Below, piece by piece: positions 31,184-41,771 of a stretch of 55,660 bases of DNA (its first letter is position 1; each line of letters opens with the position of its first letter). Source of the stretch: Planctomycetota bacterium (GTDB lineage: Bacteria > Planctomycetota > B15-G4 > JADJEK01); the NCBI GenBank assembly GCA_044225365.1, contig JBGAIQ010000038.1, forward strand, positions 1 to 55,660, given 5' to 3'. Position numbers and translations under genes: made by a program. The notes below the pieces were generated by a model, which worked only from the letters and a program-made list of their open reading frames with translations, did no database searches and had not been told where the DNA came from.

Positions 31184-31942
31184 TTGAACCTGCGAGTACT
31201 CGGCTGCAGCGGAGGATCGGCACGCGGTCACTTCCCGACCTCGTTCTTGATCGACGGCAGGATCGCCGTCGACGCCGGCGCCGTCACCACCAATCTTCCG
31301 CCGGAGGAACAGGAGAAGATCGACCACGTCGTTCTCTCGCACGCGCACCTCGATCACGTCTCGAACCTCCCCTTCTTGCTCGACAATCGCTTCGCGCGCC
31401 AAACGCGCCCCATCGCGATCTGGGGACCCGAGCCCACGCTCGCCGCCCTGCGCACCGACATCTTCAACAACCGCGTGTGGCCGGACTTCACGATCCTGCA
31501 CAATCGCAAGTCGGTCTCGCTCGAGTTGAAGTCGGTCGCACCCGGCACGCCATTTCAGATCGAGTCGCTGTCGTTCCGCGCCGATCCGATGGTGCATCCC
31601 GTTCCGTGCTTCGGATATCGCATCGACGACGGACGACGCGCGATCTACATCGCCGGCGACACGGGCGACGCGACGGCGATGAAGTCGATCGTATCGGGCG
31701 ATCCCTCGCTGCGAGCGATCGCAATCGAGGTGTCCTGGCCCGATCGAATGCACGAGCTCGCGAAGGTCTCGGGCCACCTCACGACGGCGATGCTCTCCGC
31801 GGTCTGGCCCATCCACCCGACCGCGAGGATCCTCATCACCCACATCAAGCCCTTCTACATCGACGAAGTGAAGGCCGAGCTCGCGGCCGCGAGGCTCTCG
31901 AACGTCATCGTCCTCGAAGACGGGATGGCCTTCGACTTCTGA
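31184..31942 (+). CDS. MBL-fold 3',5'-cyclic-nucleotide phosphodiesterase (class II-like)
   Basis: Motifs LRVLGCSGG, DAG, SHAHLDH, IFNNRVWPDF, GDT, GHLT and HIKP. TTG start follows GAGG. Confidence 0.82.
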   Translation: MNLRVLGCSGGSARGHFPTSFLIDGRIAVDAGAVTTNLPPEEQEKIDHVVLSHAHLDHVSNLPFLLDNRFARQTRPIAIWGPEPTLAALRTDIFNNRVWPDFTILHNRKSVSLELKSVAPGTPFQIESLSFRADPMVHPVPCFGYRIDDGRRAIYIAGDTGDATAMKSIVSGDPSLRAIAIEVSWPDRMHELAKVSGHLTTAMLSAVWPIHPTARILITHIKPFYIDEVKAELAAARLSNVIVLEDGMAFDF

Positions 31943-31947
31943 CCGCC

Positions 31948-32484
31948 TTAGGGCGCCGTGATGTAGGACGGACAGTTCCAGTCGTACGAGACGACGTCGA
32001 TCACGAACAGTCGCTCGACTCGCGATCGCAGTTCGGTCGCCGGCGAGAGGCGCTCTGCGATTTCCTCGTGATCCTCCACGTCGAGCACGCGAGCATGTCC
32101 CATCACCTTGAGGCGGCGCCGGGCGTGATAGTCCATCAGGAACATCGCGACCCGATCGTTGCCGCTCACGTTGCCGGTGGTGATGAGCTGGCGATTCCCC
32201 CGCAGATCCGCGAAGCCGAGCGTGTGCTCGTCGAGGACCTTCAGGAATCCGCGCGGGCCGCCACGATGCTGGATGTACGGCCAGCCGTCCGAGTTCACCG
32301 TGGCGAGGTAGAAGCTCGTCCGCTGCCCGATGAACTCGATCTCGCCCGCGCCGAGCGCGTCGCGCCCGGCGCGGACCGCGGGATCGATCGAACCCGGATC
32401 GATCGCGTAGGACCCGCCGTAGGCGCGCTGCTCCGCGGCCAGGACGTCTTGCGTGAGCATCGTGTCGAGATAGCGATCGGCCAT
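31948..32484 (-). CDS. Pyridoxamine 5'-phosphate oxidase-like FMN-binding protein
   Basis: Motifs FYLATVNSDGWPYIQHRGGPRGFL, DLRGNRQ and DWNCPSYI. Confidence 0.88.
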   Translation of the reverse strand: MADRYLDTMLTQDVLAAEQRAYGGSYAIDPGSIDPAVRAGRDALGAGEIEFIGQRTSFYLATVNSDGWPYIQHRGGPRGFLKVLDEHTLGFADLRGNRQLITTGNVSGNDRVAMFLMDYHARRRLKVMGHARVLDVEDHEEIAERLSPATELRSRVERLFVIDVVSYDWNCPSYITAP

Positions 32485-32500
32485 GGCGGACTCTCCTGCT

Positions 32501-32668
32501 CTAAATAAGAGTCCACGATTGTCTTAGGTACCGAGGCCGAGCGAGAACTGCGCAGGCGAGGAGGATCGACGAGGCGACTCAGGAAGAAGAGTCGGCGAGG
32601 AGATCCGACGATGCATGCGCGCTTCGCAGCCGGCCGCAGGCCTAACAGAATCGTGGACTCTTATTTAG
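32501..32668. mobile_element. MITE-like element with perfect terminal inverted repeats
   Basis: CTAAATAAGAGTCCACGATT (32501-32520) is the exact reverse complement of AATCGTGGACTCTTATTTAG (32649-32668). TA flanks both ends, there is no ORF, and internal hairpins are present. Confidence 0.8.
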
Positions 32669-32677
32669 CGTTCGGGT

Positions 32678-33217
32678 TCAGATCCCGGGCTTCACTTCGG
32701 GGAAATCGACGACGGTCCGAGCGACGTGGTTCACGTAGTTCGTGAAGATGTTGAGCGCGACGTTGGCGATCGTCTCGACGATCTCGCCGTCGCCGAGGCC
32801 GGCGGCGCGCGCCTCCGAGAGAGCACCGTCGCTGATCTCGCCCTTCTGCACCACGAGCGATCGAGCGAGGGTAAGGATCGCGTTGGTCTTCGCATCGCTC
32901 GCCGTTCCGCGACGGGCGGCCGCGATGTCGGTCGCCGCGAGCCCCACCTTACCGCCGATCAGCGTATGCGCGCTGAGGCAGTAGCCACAGAGATTCGTCT
33001 CACCGACCGTGAGTGCGATCTGCTCGCGCACCTTCGCGTTGAGCGCGCCGCCGGCGAGCGCTCCCGAGAACGCGAGATACGCTTCGAGCGCGGCGGGCGC
33101 GTTCGCCATCACACGGGTCATGTTCGGGACGAGACCGAGCTTGCCCTTGACCGCGTCGAGAAGCGTCTTCGACTTGCCTTCTGCGGTGGCGGGATCGATG
33201 GCTTGGAGACGGGACAT
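32678..33217 (-). CDS. AhpD/carboxymuconolactone decarboxylase family peroxidase
   Basis: REQIALTVGETNLCGYCLSAH (CxxC-x3-H) and FTNYVNHV...DFP. AGGAGG RBS before ATG 33217. Confidence 0.9.
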   Translation of the reverse strand: MSRLQAIDPATAEGKSKTLLDAVKGKLGLVPNMTRVMANAPAALEAYLAFSGALAGGALNAKVREQIALTVGETNLCGYCLSAHTLIGGKVGLAATDIAAARRGTASDAKTNAILTLARSLVVQKGEISDGALSEARAAGLGDGEIVETIANVALNIFTNYVNHVARTVVDFPEVKPGI

Positions 33218-33290
33218 GGCATTCCTCCTGGGAAGCTGAAAGGTGGAAACGAAACAAGCGACTCGAACGTGAATCGGACGCAGGTCCCAA

Positions 33291-33306
33291 GTACGTTCCG
33301 TGCCAA
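33291..33306 (-). promoter_or_regulatory. Candidate sigma54 (-24/-12) promoter for the ahpD operon
   Basis: Minus strand reads TTGGCACG-GAAC-GTAC: perfect -24 element and degenerate -12 (GTAC vs TTGC), ~75 bp upstream of ahpD and next to a bEBP gene. Confidence 0.5.
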
Positions 33307-33387
33307 CCCCGTTCGGACCCTTGCATTTCGCCATAACCTTCCTTCCCGCAGAATTTTCCATTCCGCACGCTGACCTCAGGCTCGATT

Positions 33388-33439
33388 ACGAGATTTCGTC
33401 GCCTACGAGTTCTCGTCCCACCTAACGACGATTTTTCGT
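33388..33439. promoter_or_regulatory. Three ACGA-N4-TCGT palindromes; candidate bEBP upstream activator sequences
   Basis: ACGAGATTTCGT (33388-33399), ACGAGTTCTCGT (33405-33416) and ACGATTTTTCGT (33428-33439), 80-135 bp upstream of the -24 element. Confidence 0.55.
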
Positions 33440-33450
33440 AGCCTGGCGAG

Positions 33451-35029
<1,579 letters not shown>

Positions 35030-35046
<17 letters not shown>

Positions 35047-36112
35047 GCGGGAAACCGAGGAGCTGCGACAGTGCGTCGAGGTCCGGACCGATCTCGAATT
35101 CGGCAGCGATCCGCAGCGCGTAGAGCGGACGATCCAGCGCGAAGCCGCCGAGTCGCATCGCGTCCTTCTCGGTGGTGACGACGCATTCGACATCGCGCGC
35201 GGCGCGCCGAATCGAGTCGAGATCGGTCGCCGCGAACGCGTGGTGATCGGGAAAGGCGAGACTCGATACGACGCTTGCGCCGAGCGCTTCGAGCGTCTCG
35301 CGCAGCGCCTCGGGATCGCCGATGCCGCTGAACGCGAGGACTCGCCGGCCCCGCACTCGATCGAGCGGCGCGGAAGTGCTCGCTGCGAGATCGACGAGCG
35401 CAACGGGCCGGTGGTTCTCGGCCACGATCGGCACGACTCGTTTCGCCTTCGTCGTCACGATCGACCGCAGCGCCATCAGCGCGGCCGGACTCGCTCGCTG
35501 CGCCCTCGTGATCAACACGGCCGACGCGCGCGCGAGCCCGCTGCCCGGCTCGCGCAGGAACCCACGCGGCAGTTGCCAATCGCCACCGAACGGATCTCGC
35601 GCATCGAGGAGCACGAGGTCGATGTCGCGCGCGAGTCGTCGATGCTGGAAACCGTCGTCGAGGAGCAGCACGTTCGCGCCGTGCGCCACGGCGGCGGCAG
35701 CGGTCTTCCGCCGATCCGCGCCCACGACGAGCGGCACGTCGGGAAGCGCGCGAGCGAGCAGCTTCGCCTCGTCGGACTCCACGCTGTCGCCGCGCCGATA
35801 TCCCCGCGTGAGGATCGCGGGTTTCCTTCCCGCGGCGAGGGCCGCGCGCGCGAGCTCCATCACGACGGGCGTCTTTCCCGTGCCGCCCGCCGTCAGATTG
35901 CCGACGGAGATCACGACGGCGTTCGGTACGCGATGAGCGCGCAGAACGCCGGCGTCGTACAGCGCATTCCTCACGCGGGCGACGAGTCCGTAGAGCACCG
36001 CGGGCAGAACGAGGAGCGTGCGCAGGACGACGAGGATCGCGCCGCGCTCGGCACTCGCGACCCTGCGATGCAGCGCGACGAGGCGCGAGGCGTTTCTCGT
36101 GTCCGATTGCAT
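35030..36112 (-). CDS. lpxK: Tetraacyldisaccharide 4'-kinase
   Basis: Motifs VISVGNLTAGGTGKTP, LTRGY, LDDGFQHRRLARD, FPDHH and TTEKD. Its 3' end overlaps the bEBP by 17 bp. Confidence 0.94.
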
Positions 36113-36142
36113 CGCGCTCAAGGGTTCGACTTCGTCGCCCCG

Positions 36143-37687
36143 TCAGCCGTGACTGGAACCGTGAAGGATGTCCACGGGCTTGTAGCCGCCCTTGGACTTG
36201 AAGTAGAGCATGAGCAGGAGGTAGCTCACGAGCATCACGGCGGGCAGCAGAGCGACGGTCTTCAGCGCGCTCTTCGTCGCACCGGCCTTCACGTCGTCGA
36301 TCGCCGCCTTGTCGCTCGCGGGCGCCTCCGCGTACTTCGCGGGATCGAGCGAGCGATAGGTTCCGAAGACGCTCGTCTTCTCGGCGCCGACATAGGTGTC
36401 GTGGAGATGGGTCTGATGCGCCTGGTCGTAGACCGCGAGTTCGCTCACGACCTGACGATCCTGGATGTTGCCGAGGAACGGTGCGCCGATGATCCCGACG
36501 CCGAGCATTCCGACGGCGCCCATCACGTTCAACGTCATCGCACCGCCGCGGGGGAACTGCTCCGAGACGATGCCGAGCGTCGTCGGCCAGAACGACGACT
36601 TGCCGATGCCATAGAGCGTCGCGCCGACGAGGATGCCGATGCCCGCGGCCGTCGACAGGGTGACGAGTGCGATCGCCGCGATGATCGACGACAACGCGAG
36701 CAGGCCGAGGGGCGAGAGCCGCCCCACGATCGAACCGGCACCGAAGCGCAATAATGTCATGATGAGCGAGGTGTAGACCAGGACCCAACCGGCCTGGATC
36801 CCGAGCTTGCCCATCTCCGGTTCCATGAGCGGCGTGATCCAACTGTCGACGCCGAGTTCGGTGCTCGCGAGCGGGATCATGACGAGCAGGAGGAAGATGA
36901 ACATCGGACGACCGAGCGAGCGGACGACGGATCCGTATCCGAGAGTCATCAGCGCGATGAGCGACCACTTCACCGTGTCGGAGAAGCCGAAGATCTGCGC
37001 GAGCTGGGAGACGATGAGGAACGACACGATCAGAGCGCCGCCGACTCCCACCTCTTTCAGCATGTCGCCGTACGACACGCCCGCCGCGACGCGCTCGCTC
37101 ACGGGGAACTTGCGCGTGATCATGAGCAAGGCGTAGATCACGGTCGGGACGAGCAGGAGTGCGACCTTGTGCTTCCAGTTCACATCGGGACCGAGCATCA
37201 GCGTGATCAAGCCGCCGAGCACGAGTCCCGCGGGCCACCCCGCGTGCAGGATATTGAGCCACTTCGTCTTCTCGCGCGGGAACGCGCTCGCGACCACCGG
37301 ATTCACGACGGCTTCGACCGTGCCGCTGCCGAGGGCGAGCAGGAACGTCGCGAGGTACATCGTGTTCCCGTCCTTCGCGACCATCTGCAGGATCGCGGAG
37401 CTGCTGTGGCAGAGGAAGGCGAACACCATCGCCTTGCCGTAGCCGATGCGATCGACGACGAGACTGAAGAGCACGATGCTGATCGCGAAAGGCCAGAGAC
37501 CGGCGCCGAGGATCCCGCCGACCTCGGTGTCGTTGAGACCGAACTCCTTCGACCACTGCGCCTGCGTGAGCACGCGCAAGATGAACCCGAACGAGGTCGC
37601 AACGAGCGACAGGAAGCAGGCCCAGAACAGCTTCTTGTCGCCCTCTCCGCTCGCCGCATCGGAAGGGGCCGCTTGCGCCATCGCCAT
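36143..37687 (-). CDS. MFS transporter (fucose/glucose permease-like)
   Basis: About 12 TM helices, DRIGYGK loop, EAVVNP and LNILHAGWP. Confidence 0.88.
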   Translation of the reverse strand: MAMAQAAPSDAASGEGDKKLFWACFLSLVATSFGFILRVLTQAQWSKEFGLNDTEVGGILGAGLWPFAISIVLFSLVVDRIGYGKAMVFAFLCHSSSAILQMVAKDGNTMYLATFLLALGSGTVEAVVNPVVASAFPREKTKWLNILHAGWPAGLVLGGLITLMLGPDVNWKHKVALLLVPTVIYALLMITRKFPVSERVAAGVSYGDMLKEVGVGGALIVSFLIVSQLAQIFGFSDTVKWSLIALMTLGYGSVVRSLGRPMFIFLLLVMIPLASTELGVDSWITPLMEPEMGKLGIQAGWVLVYTSLIMTLLRFGAGSIVGRLSPLGLLALSSIIAAIALVTLSTAAGIGILVGATLYGIGKSSFWPTTLGIVSEQFPRGGAMTLNVMGAVGMLGVGIIGAPFLGNIQDRQVVSELAVYDQAHQTHLHDTYVGAEKTSVFGTYRSLDPAKYAEAPASDKAAIDDVKAGATKSALKTVALLPAVMLVSYLLLMLYFKSKGGYKPVDILHGSSHG

Positions 37688-37914
37688 CGATCATCTCCTC
37701 GCTGGGGTTCTTCGCCGCACACCGCGGCGTGAGCGCGGCATGGTAGCGAATGGCGCGGGAATGGCGATCGGCGGCAGGACGCGCCGGCTGAATCTGGGGG
37801 CGCGATCGCGACGCCGCCGCTCGGACCGCAACTCTCGATTCGCCCTCACGCACGCGAACCTGTAGCTTCTGCGGCTTCCGATTCGCCTCGTCGACCGTCC
37901 TTCGAGGTCCCATC

Positions 37915-40293
37915 ATGCGATCCCATCGCGGCTCTTCGACGCTCGTCGTCGGCCTTGCAGCGACCGCGCTCGGCCTCGTTGGCTGCGATCGATCCTCGCC
38001 ACGGCATCCCGCGATCGCGGCGCCGGTCGTCGCAGGCCTTGCCGATCGCACGCTCGACGCGCGGGGCCGCGGGCTCGTGCTGCTGCGCGAATTGGGCTGC
38101 GTCCACTGCCACGCTCCGTCGCGAGAGGACGCCGAGTCGCTCGATGTTCGTCGCGGGCCGAATCTCGCGGGCGTCGGTAGCCGCCTTCACCTCGACTACG
38201 TGCGGCACTTCCTCGAGGAGCCGAGCCTCGCCGATCCAGGCACCACGATGCCCGCGATGTTGGACGCAGAGGATCCGACTCGACGCGCGGCCGACGCCGC
38301 GGCGCTCACCGATTACCTGCGGTCGATCCCTTCCGATCCGCCACTCACCGCCGAAGACACGACGGGCGCCCTGTCTCCCTCCGATCCCGAAGTCGTCGCG
38401 CGGGGCCAACGGACTTTCCATCGAATCGGCTGCGTCGCATGCCATGCTCCGCGCGACGAGAACGGGAACGAGTCGCCGCTCCCAGGATCCTTGTCGCTCT
38501 CGAACGTCGCTTCGAAGTACCGCCCCGCCGCGCTGCGCGACTTCCTGCTCGATCCTGAGAGCGACCGGCCGAACTCGCGCATGCCCAATCTCCATCTCAC
38601 TCCGACCGAGGCTCACGAACTGACGAGCTACTTGCTCGTCGGAGCTCCGGCCGAACCCACGAGCGGCGACGCCATCGATCCGCTGCGTGTCGAGCGTGGC
38701 CGCGCGATCTTCGCCGAACGAGGTTGCGGCGCGTGTCACGCGCTCGTGGATTCGACTCGTCCTTCGCCCCGCGCAGCAAAGGCGCTGCGCGATCTGTCCG
38801 GATCGTCCGCGGGCTGCCTGTCGGACGACGAGGGACCGTGGCCGAGGTACGGACTCTCGCAGCGACAACGGGACGACCTCTTGGCCGCGCTCTCGAGCCT
38901 CGACGCACCTACGACCGACGACCAGCGGATCCACCGCTTGCTCGCATCCCGCAACTGCCTGGCGTGCCACGCACGCGACGACTCGCCCGGCATCGAGAAG
39001 GAGAAGATCGAGTTCTTCACCTCGAACGACGAGAGCGTTGGACAACAGAGCCGCATCCCACCGTCGCTCACGCTCGTCGGCGCGAAGTTGCAGCGCGACT
39101 GGCTGATCGACGCGATCGCGCATGGCCAATCGGTGCGGCCTTACTTGAACACGCGGATGCCAGGATTCGGGACCGCGTTCGCGACGGATCTCGGCGATCG
39201 ACTCACGAACTCGGACACGCTCCCGCCCGTGTCAATGCCCGAATACTCGGGTGATGCCGAGAAGCGCGAAGCCACCCGCAATCTCGGTTGCGAGCTCGTC
39301 GGCGAGAAGGGCATGAATTGCATCTCGTGTCACTCGTTCGCCGGCGAACGAGTAGGCGCGGTGGGCGCGCTCGATCTCATCGATTCGACGAGTCTGCGCC
39401 TGCGCCGCGAGTGGTTCCACCAATACCTGCGATCGCCGACGCGATTCAATCCGGGAACGCTCATGCCCGAGTTCTTCCCCGGCGGCGTCTCCCAGCGACC
39501 GACGATCGGAGATGGCGACGCGACGACGCAGATCGACGCGATGTGGAAGTACCTCGCCGAAGGACGCAATACGAAGAGGCCGGCGGGACTGCGACATGCC
39601 CCGATCGAGCTCGTCGTCCACGACGAGGCGGTGATGCTGCGGCGCAGCGCGCAGAACACGGGCAAGCGCGCAATCGCGGTCGGGTATCCCGGCGGAATCA
39701 ACCTCACGTTCGACGCCGAGAGCCTCGCCCTGAATCAGATCTGGTGGGGCAAGTTCCTCGACGCTTCCGGCGTGTGGTACGGCCAGGGTGCGGGCGAATC
39801 GCGCCCGCTCGGCGACCTGCTCGTCCACCTGCCGAAGGGGCCCTCGTTCGTGCGCTTGCCGAGCCCCGACGCTCCGTGGCCGACTGCGTCGCGCCGCGAT
39901 CTCTCCGATCGGTGGCTCGGCTACGACCTCGATTCGAAACAGCAGCCGACGTTCCGTTACATGTGTTCGGGGATCACGATCGAAGACACCCCGAGCGTGA
40001 TGAGCGAGGCCGCGACGAACGCCCCGCCGATGCTGCGCCGCGCGCTGCGATTTCTTGGCGACGGACCGACGTCCGATGCGAGGCTCGACTTCCTCGTCGC
40101 TCGCGACTCCTCGATCGTCGAAGTCCGTGCGGGCGAACTCGCCGTCGGCGAGTCGCTGCGCATCGGATTGCCCGCCGGCTCCTATCGCATAAAGAAGGCC
40201 GATTCGACCCTCGAACTGATCGTCACGATCGCACTCGAGGACGGCCGCGCCGATTTCACCGTCGACTATCGAAGGAACGAGAAGGACCACTGA
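37915..40293 (+). CDS. Pentaheme c-type cytochrome lipoprotein
   Basis: Lipobox LVGC. Five heme motifs CVHCH, CVACH, CGACH, CLACH and CISCH, several followed by (T/R)MP distal-Met motifs. Confidence 0.88.
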   Translation: MRSHRGSSTLVVGLAATALGLVGCDRSSPRHPAIAAPVVAGLADRTLDARGRGLVLLRELGCVHCHAPSREDAESLDVRRGPNLAGVGSRLHLDYVRHFLEEPSLADPGTTMPAMLDAEDPTRRAADAAALTDYLRSIPSDPPLTAEDTTGALSPSDPEVVARGQRTFHRIGCVACHAPRDENGNESPLPGSLSLSNVASKYRPAALRDFLLDPESDRPNSRMPNLHLTPTEAHELTSYLLVGAPAEPTSGDAIDPLRVERGRAIFAERGCGACHALVDSTRPSPRAAKALRDLSGSSAGCLSDDEGPWPRYGLSQRQRDDLLAALSSLDAPTTDDQRIHRLLASRNCLACHARDDSPGIEKEKIEFFTSNDESVGQQSRIPPSLTLVGAKLQRDWLIDAIAHGQSVRPYLNTRMPGFGTAFATDLGDRLTNSDTLPPVSMPEYSGDAEKREATRNLGCELVGEKGMNCISCHSFAGERVGAVGALDLIDSTSLRLRREWFHQYLRSPTRFNPGTLMPEFFPGGVSQRPTIGDGDATTQIDAMWKYLAEGRNTKRPAGLRHAPIELVVHDEAVMLRRSAQNTGKRAIAVGYPGGINLTFDAESLALNQIWWGKFLDASGVWYGQGAGESRPLGDLLVHLPKGPSFVRLPSPDAPWPTASRRDLSDRWLGYDLDSKQQPTFRYMCSGITIEDTPSVMSEAATNAPPMLRRALRFLGDGPTSDARLDFLVARDSSIVEVRAGELAVGESLRIGLPAGSYRIKKADSTLELIVTIALEDGRADFTVDYRRNEKDH

Positions 40294-41771
40294 TGCGGAT
40301 CGCGATCCCATTCGCCCTCGCCGTCGCGCTCGGCTCTGCCTCCGCGCAGGAACTCGCGAGCACCTGGGGCACGGGGCGCGCCGAGGCGAAGTACTACCGA
40401 ATCGTCGACGTTCCCGTCCCGCCCGCGCTCGCGCTCGAAGTCGGCAGCTTCTGCGCTCTCGGCGATGGGCGCCTCGCGGTGGGCACTCGCCGCGGCGAGA
40501 TCCTCATGATCTCTCACGCCTTCGACGAGTTACCAAAGCCACGAATCGAGCGCTTCGCGAGCGGCCTCGACGAAGTGTTCGGCCTCGGGTTCAAGGAGGG
40601 CGCGTTCTATGCGATGCAGCAGACCGAGCTGACTCGCATCACCGATCGCGACGGAGACGGTCGCGCCGATCGCTTCGAGAACCTTTGCGACGTCTGGGAC
40701 TTCGAGAACTACCACGAGTTCGGTTGGGGCTCGCCCGTGACGCCGGAGGGGAGCATATTCGTCGTGCTCGGGCTTTCCGATTCGTACAGCTACAAGGCGC
40801 GCTATCGCGGCTGGGCGTTCGAGATCGGGCCGGACGGTCGTGCGACTCCGATCGCTTGCGGGATTCGCAGCGCGGGCGGCGTCGCGCCGAACGAGCACGG
40901 CGTGATGTTCTACGCCGAGAGCCAGGGCCCATGGAATGGATCGTGTTCGTTGAAGGAGCTGAAGAAGGGCGGCTTCATGGGCCATCCCATCAGCTTCCCC
41001 GGTTACGACGAACCGCTCGGCGCGAAGCTCGGCAAGAAGCCGGCCGAGCCCAACGACGAGTCCCGCCTCGTCACCGAGTGCGCTCGGGTTCCCGAACTCG
41101 TGCCCTACGCCGTCGTCTTCCCCTATCGCAAGATGGGCCAGTCGATCACGACGTTTCGCGTCGACGGCACCGGCGGCAAGTTCGGACCGTTCGAAGGTCA
41201 GTTGTTCCTCGGCGACTACTCACTGAGCGTCGTGATGCGAGCGACGACGGAACAAGTCGACGGCGTGTGGCGGGGCGCCTGCTATCCGTTTCGCGAAGGA
41301 CTCGGGAACGGCATCCTCGCCGTCGAGTTCGGCACGAACGGCTACCTGATCACGGGCGGCACCAATCGCGGATGGCCGGTGCGCGGCAATCGGCAATTCG
41401 TGCTCGAGCGACTCGAGTGGACGGGCCTCGTACCGTTCGAGATCGAACGCATCACGATCGCGCACGACGGGTTCGACGTCCGTTTCACCAAGCCGGTCGA
41501 TCGCGCCGCAGCGACGGCGACGAATCACTACCACCTCGAGAGCTACACGCACATCTATCACGAAGCGTATGGCAGTCCCGAAGTCGACTCGACGATTCCG
41601 ACCGTCTTGCGCGCCGATCCCTCGGCCGATGGAAGGAGCGTCCATCTCTCGATCGATGGCATGGTCCTCGGCCACGTCCACGAGTTCGATCTCACTGGAG
41701 TGCGATCGGCCGACGGCGACGACCTGCTGCATACCAAGGCCTACTACACCGTGAATCGGATCCCGAAATGA
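40293..41771 (+). CDS. Secreted beta-propeller protein (glucose/sorbosone dehydrogenase-like)
   Basis: TGATG overlap with the cytochrome gene, signal peptide ending ASA-Q, DRDGDGRAD, GIRSAGG and GKFGPFEGQLFLGD. Confidence 0.78.
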   Translation: MRIAIPFALAVALGSASAQELASTWGTGRAEAKYYRIVDVPVPPALALEVGSFCALGDGRLAVGTRRGEILMISHAFDELPKPRIERFASGLDEVFGLGFKEGAFYAMQQTELTRITDRDGDGRADRFENLCDVWDFENYHEFGWGSPVTPEGSIFVVLGLSDSYSYKARYRGWAFEIGPDGRATPIACGIRSAGGVAPNEHGVMFYAESQGPWNGSCSLKELKKGGFMGHPISFPGYDEPLGAKLGKKPAEPNDESRLVTECARVPELVPYAVVFPYRKMGQSITTFRVDGTGGKFGPFEGQLFLGDYSLSVVMRATTEQVDGVWRGACYPFREGLGNGILAVEFGTNGYLITGGTNRGWPVRGNRQFVLERLEWTGLVPFEIERITIAHDGFDVRFTKPVDRAAATATNHYHLESYTHIYHEAYGSPEVDSTIPTVLRADPSADGRSVHLSIDGMVLGHVHEFDLTGVRSADGDDLLHTKAYYTVNRIPK

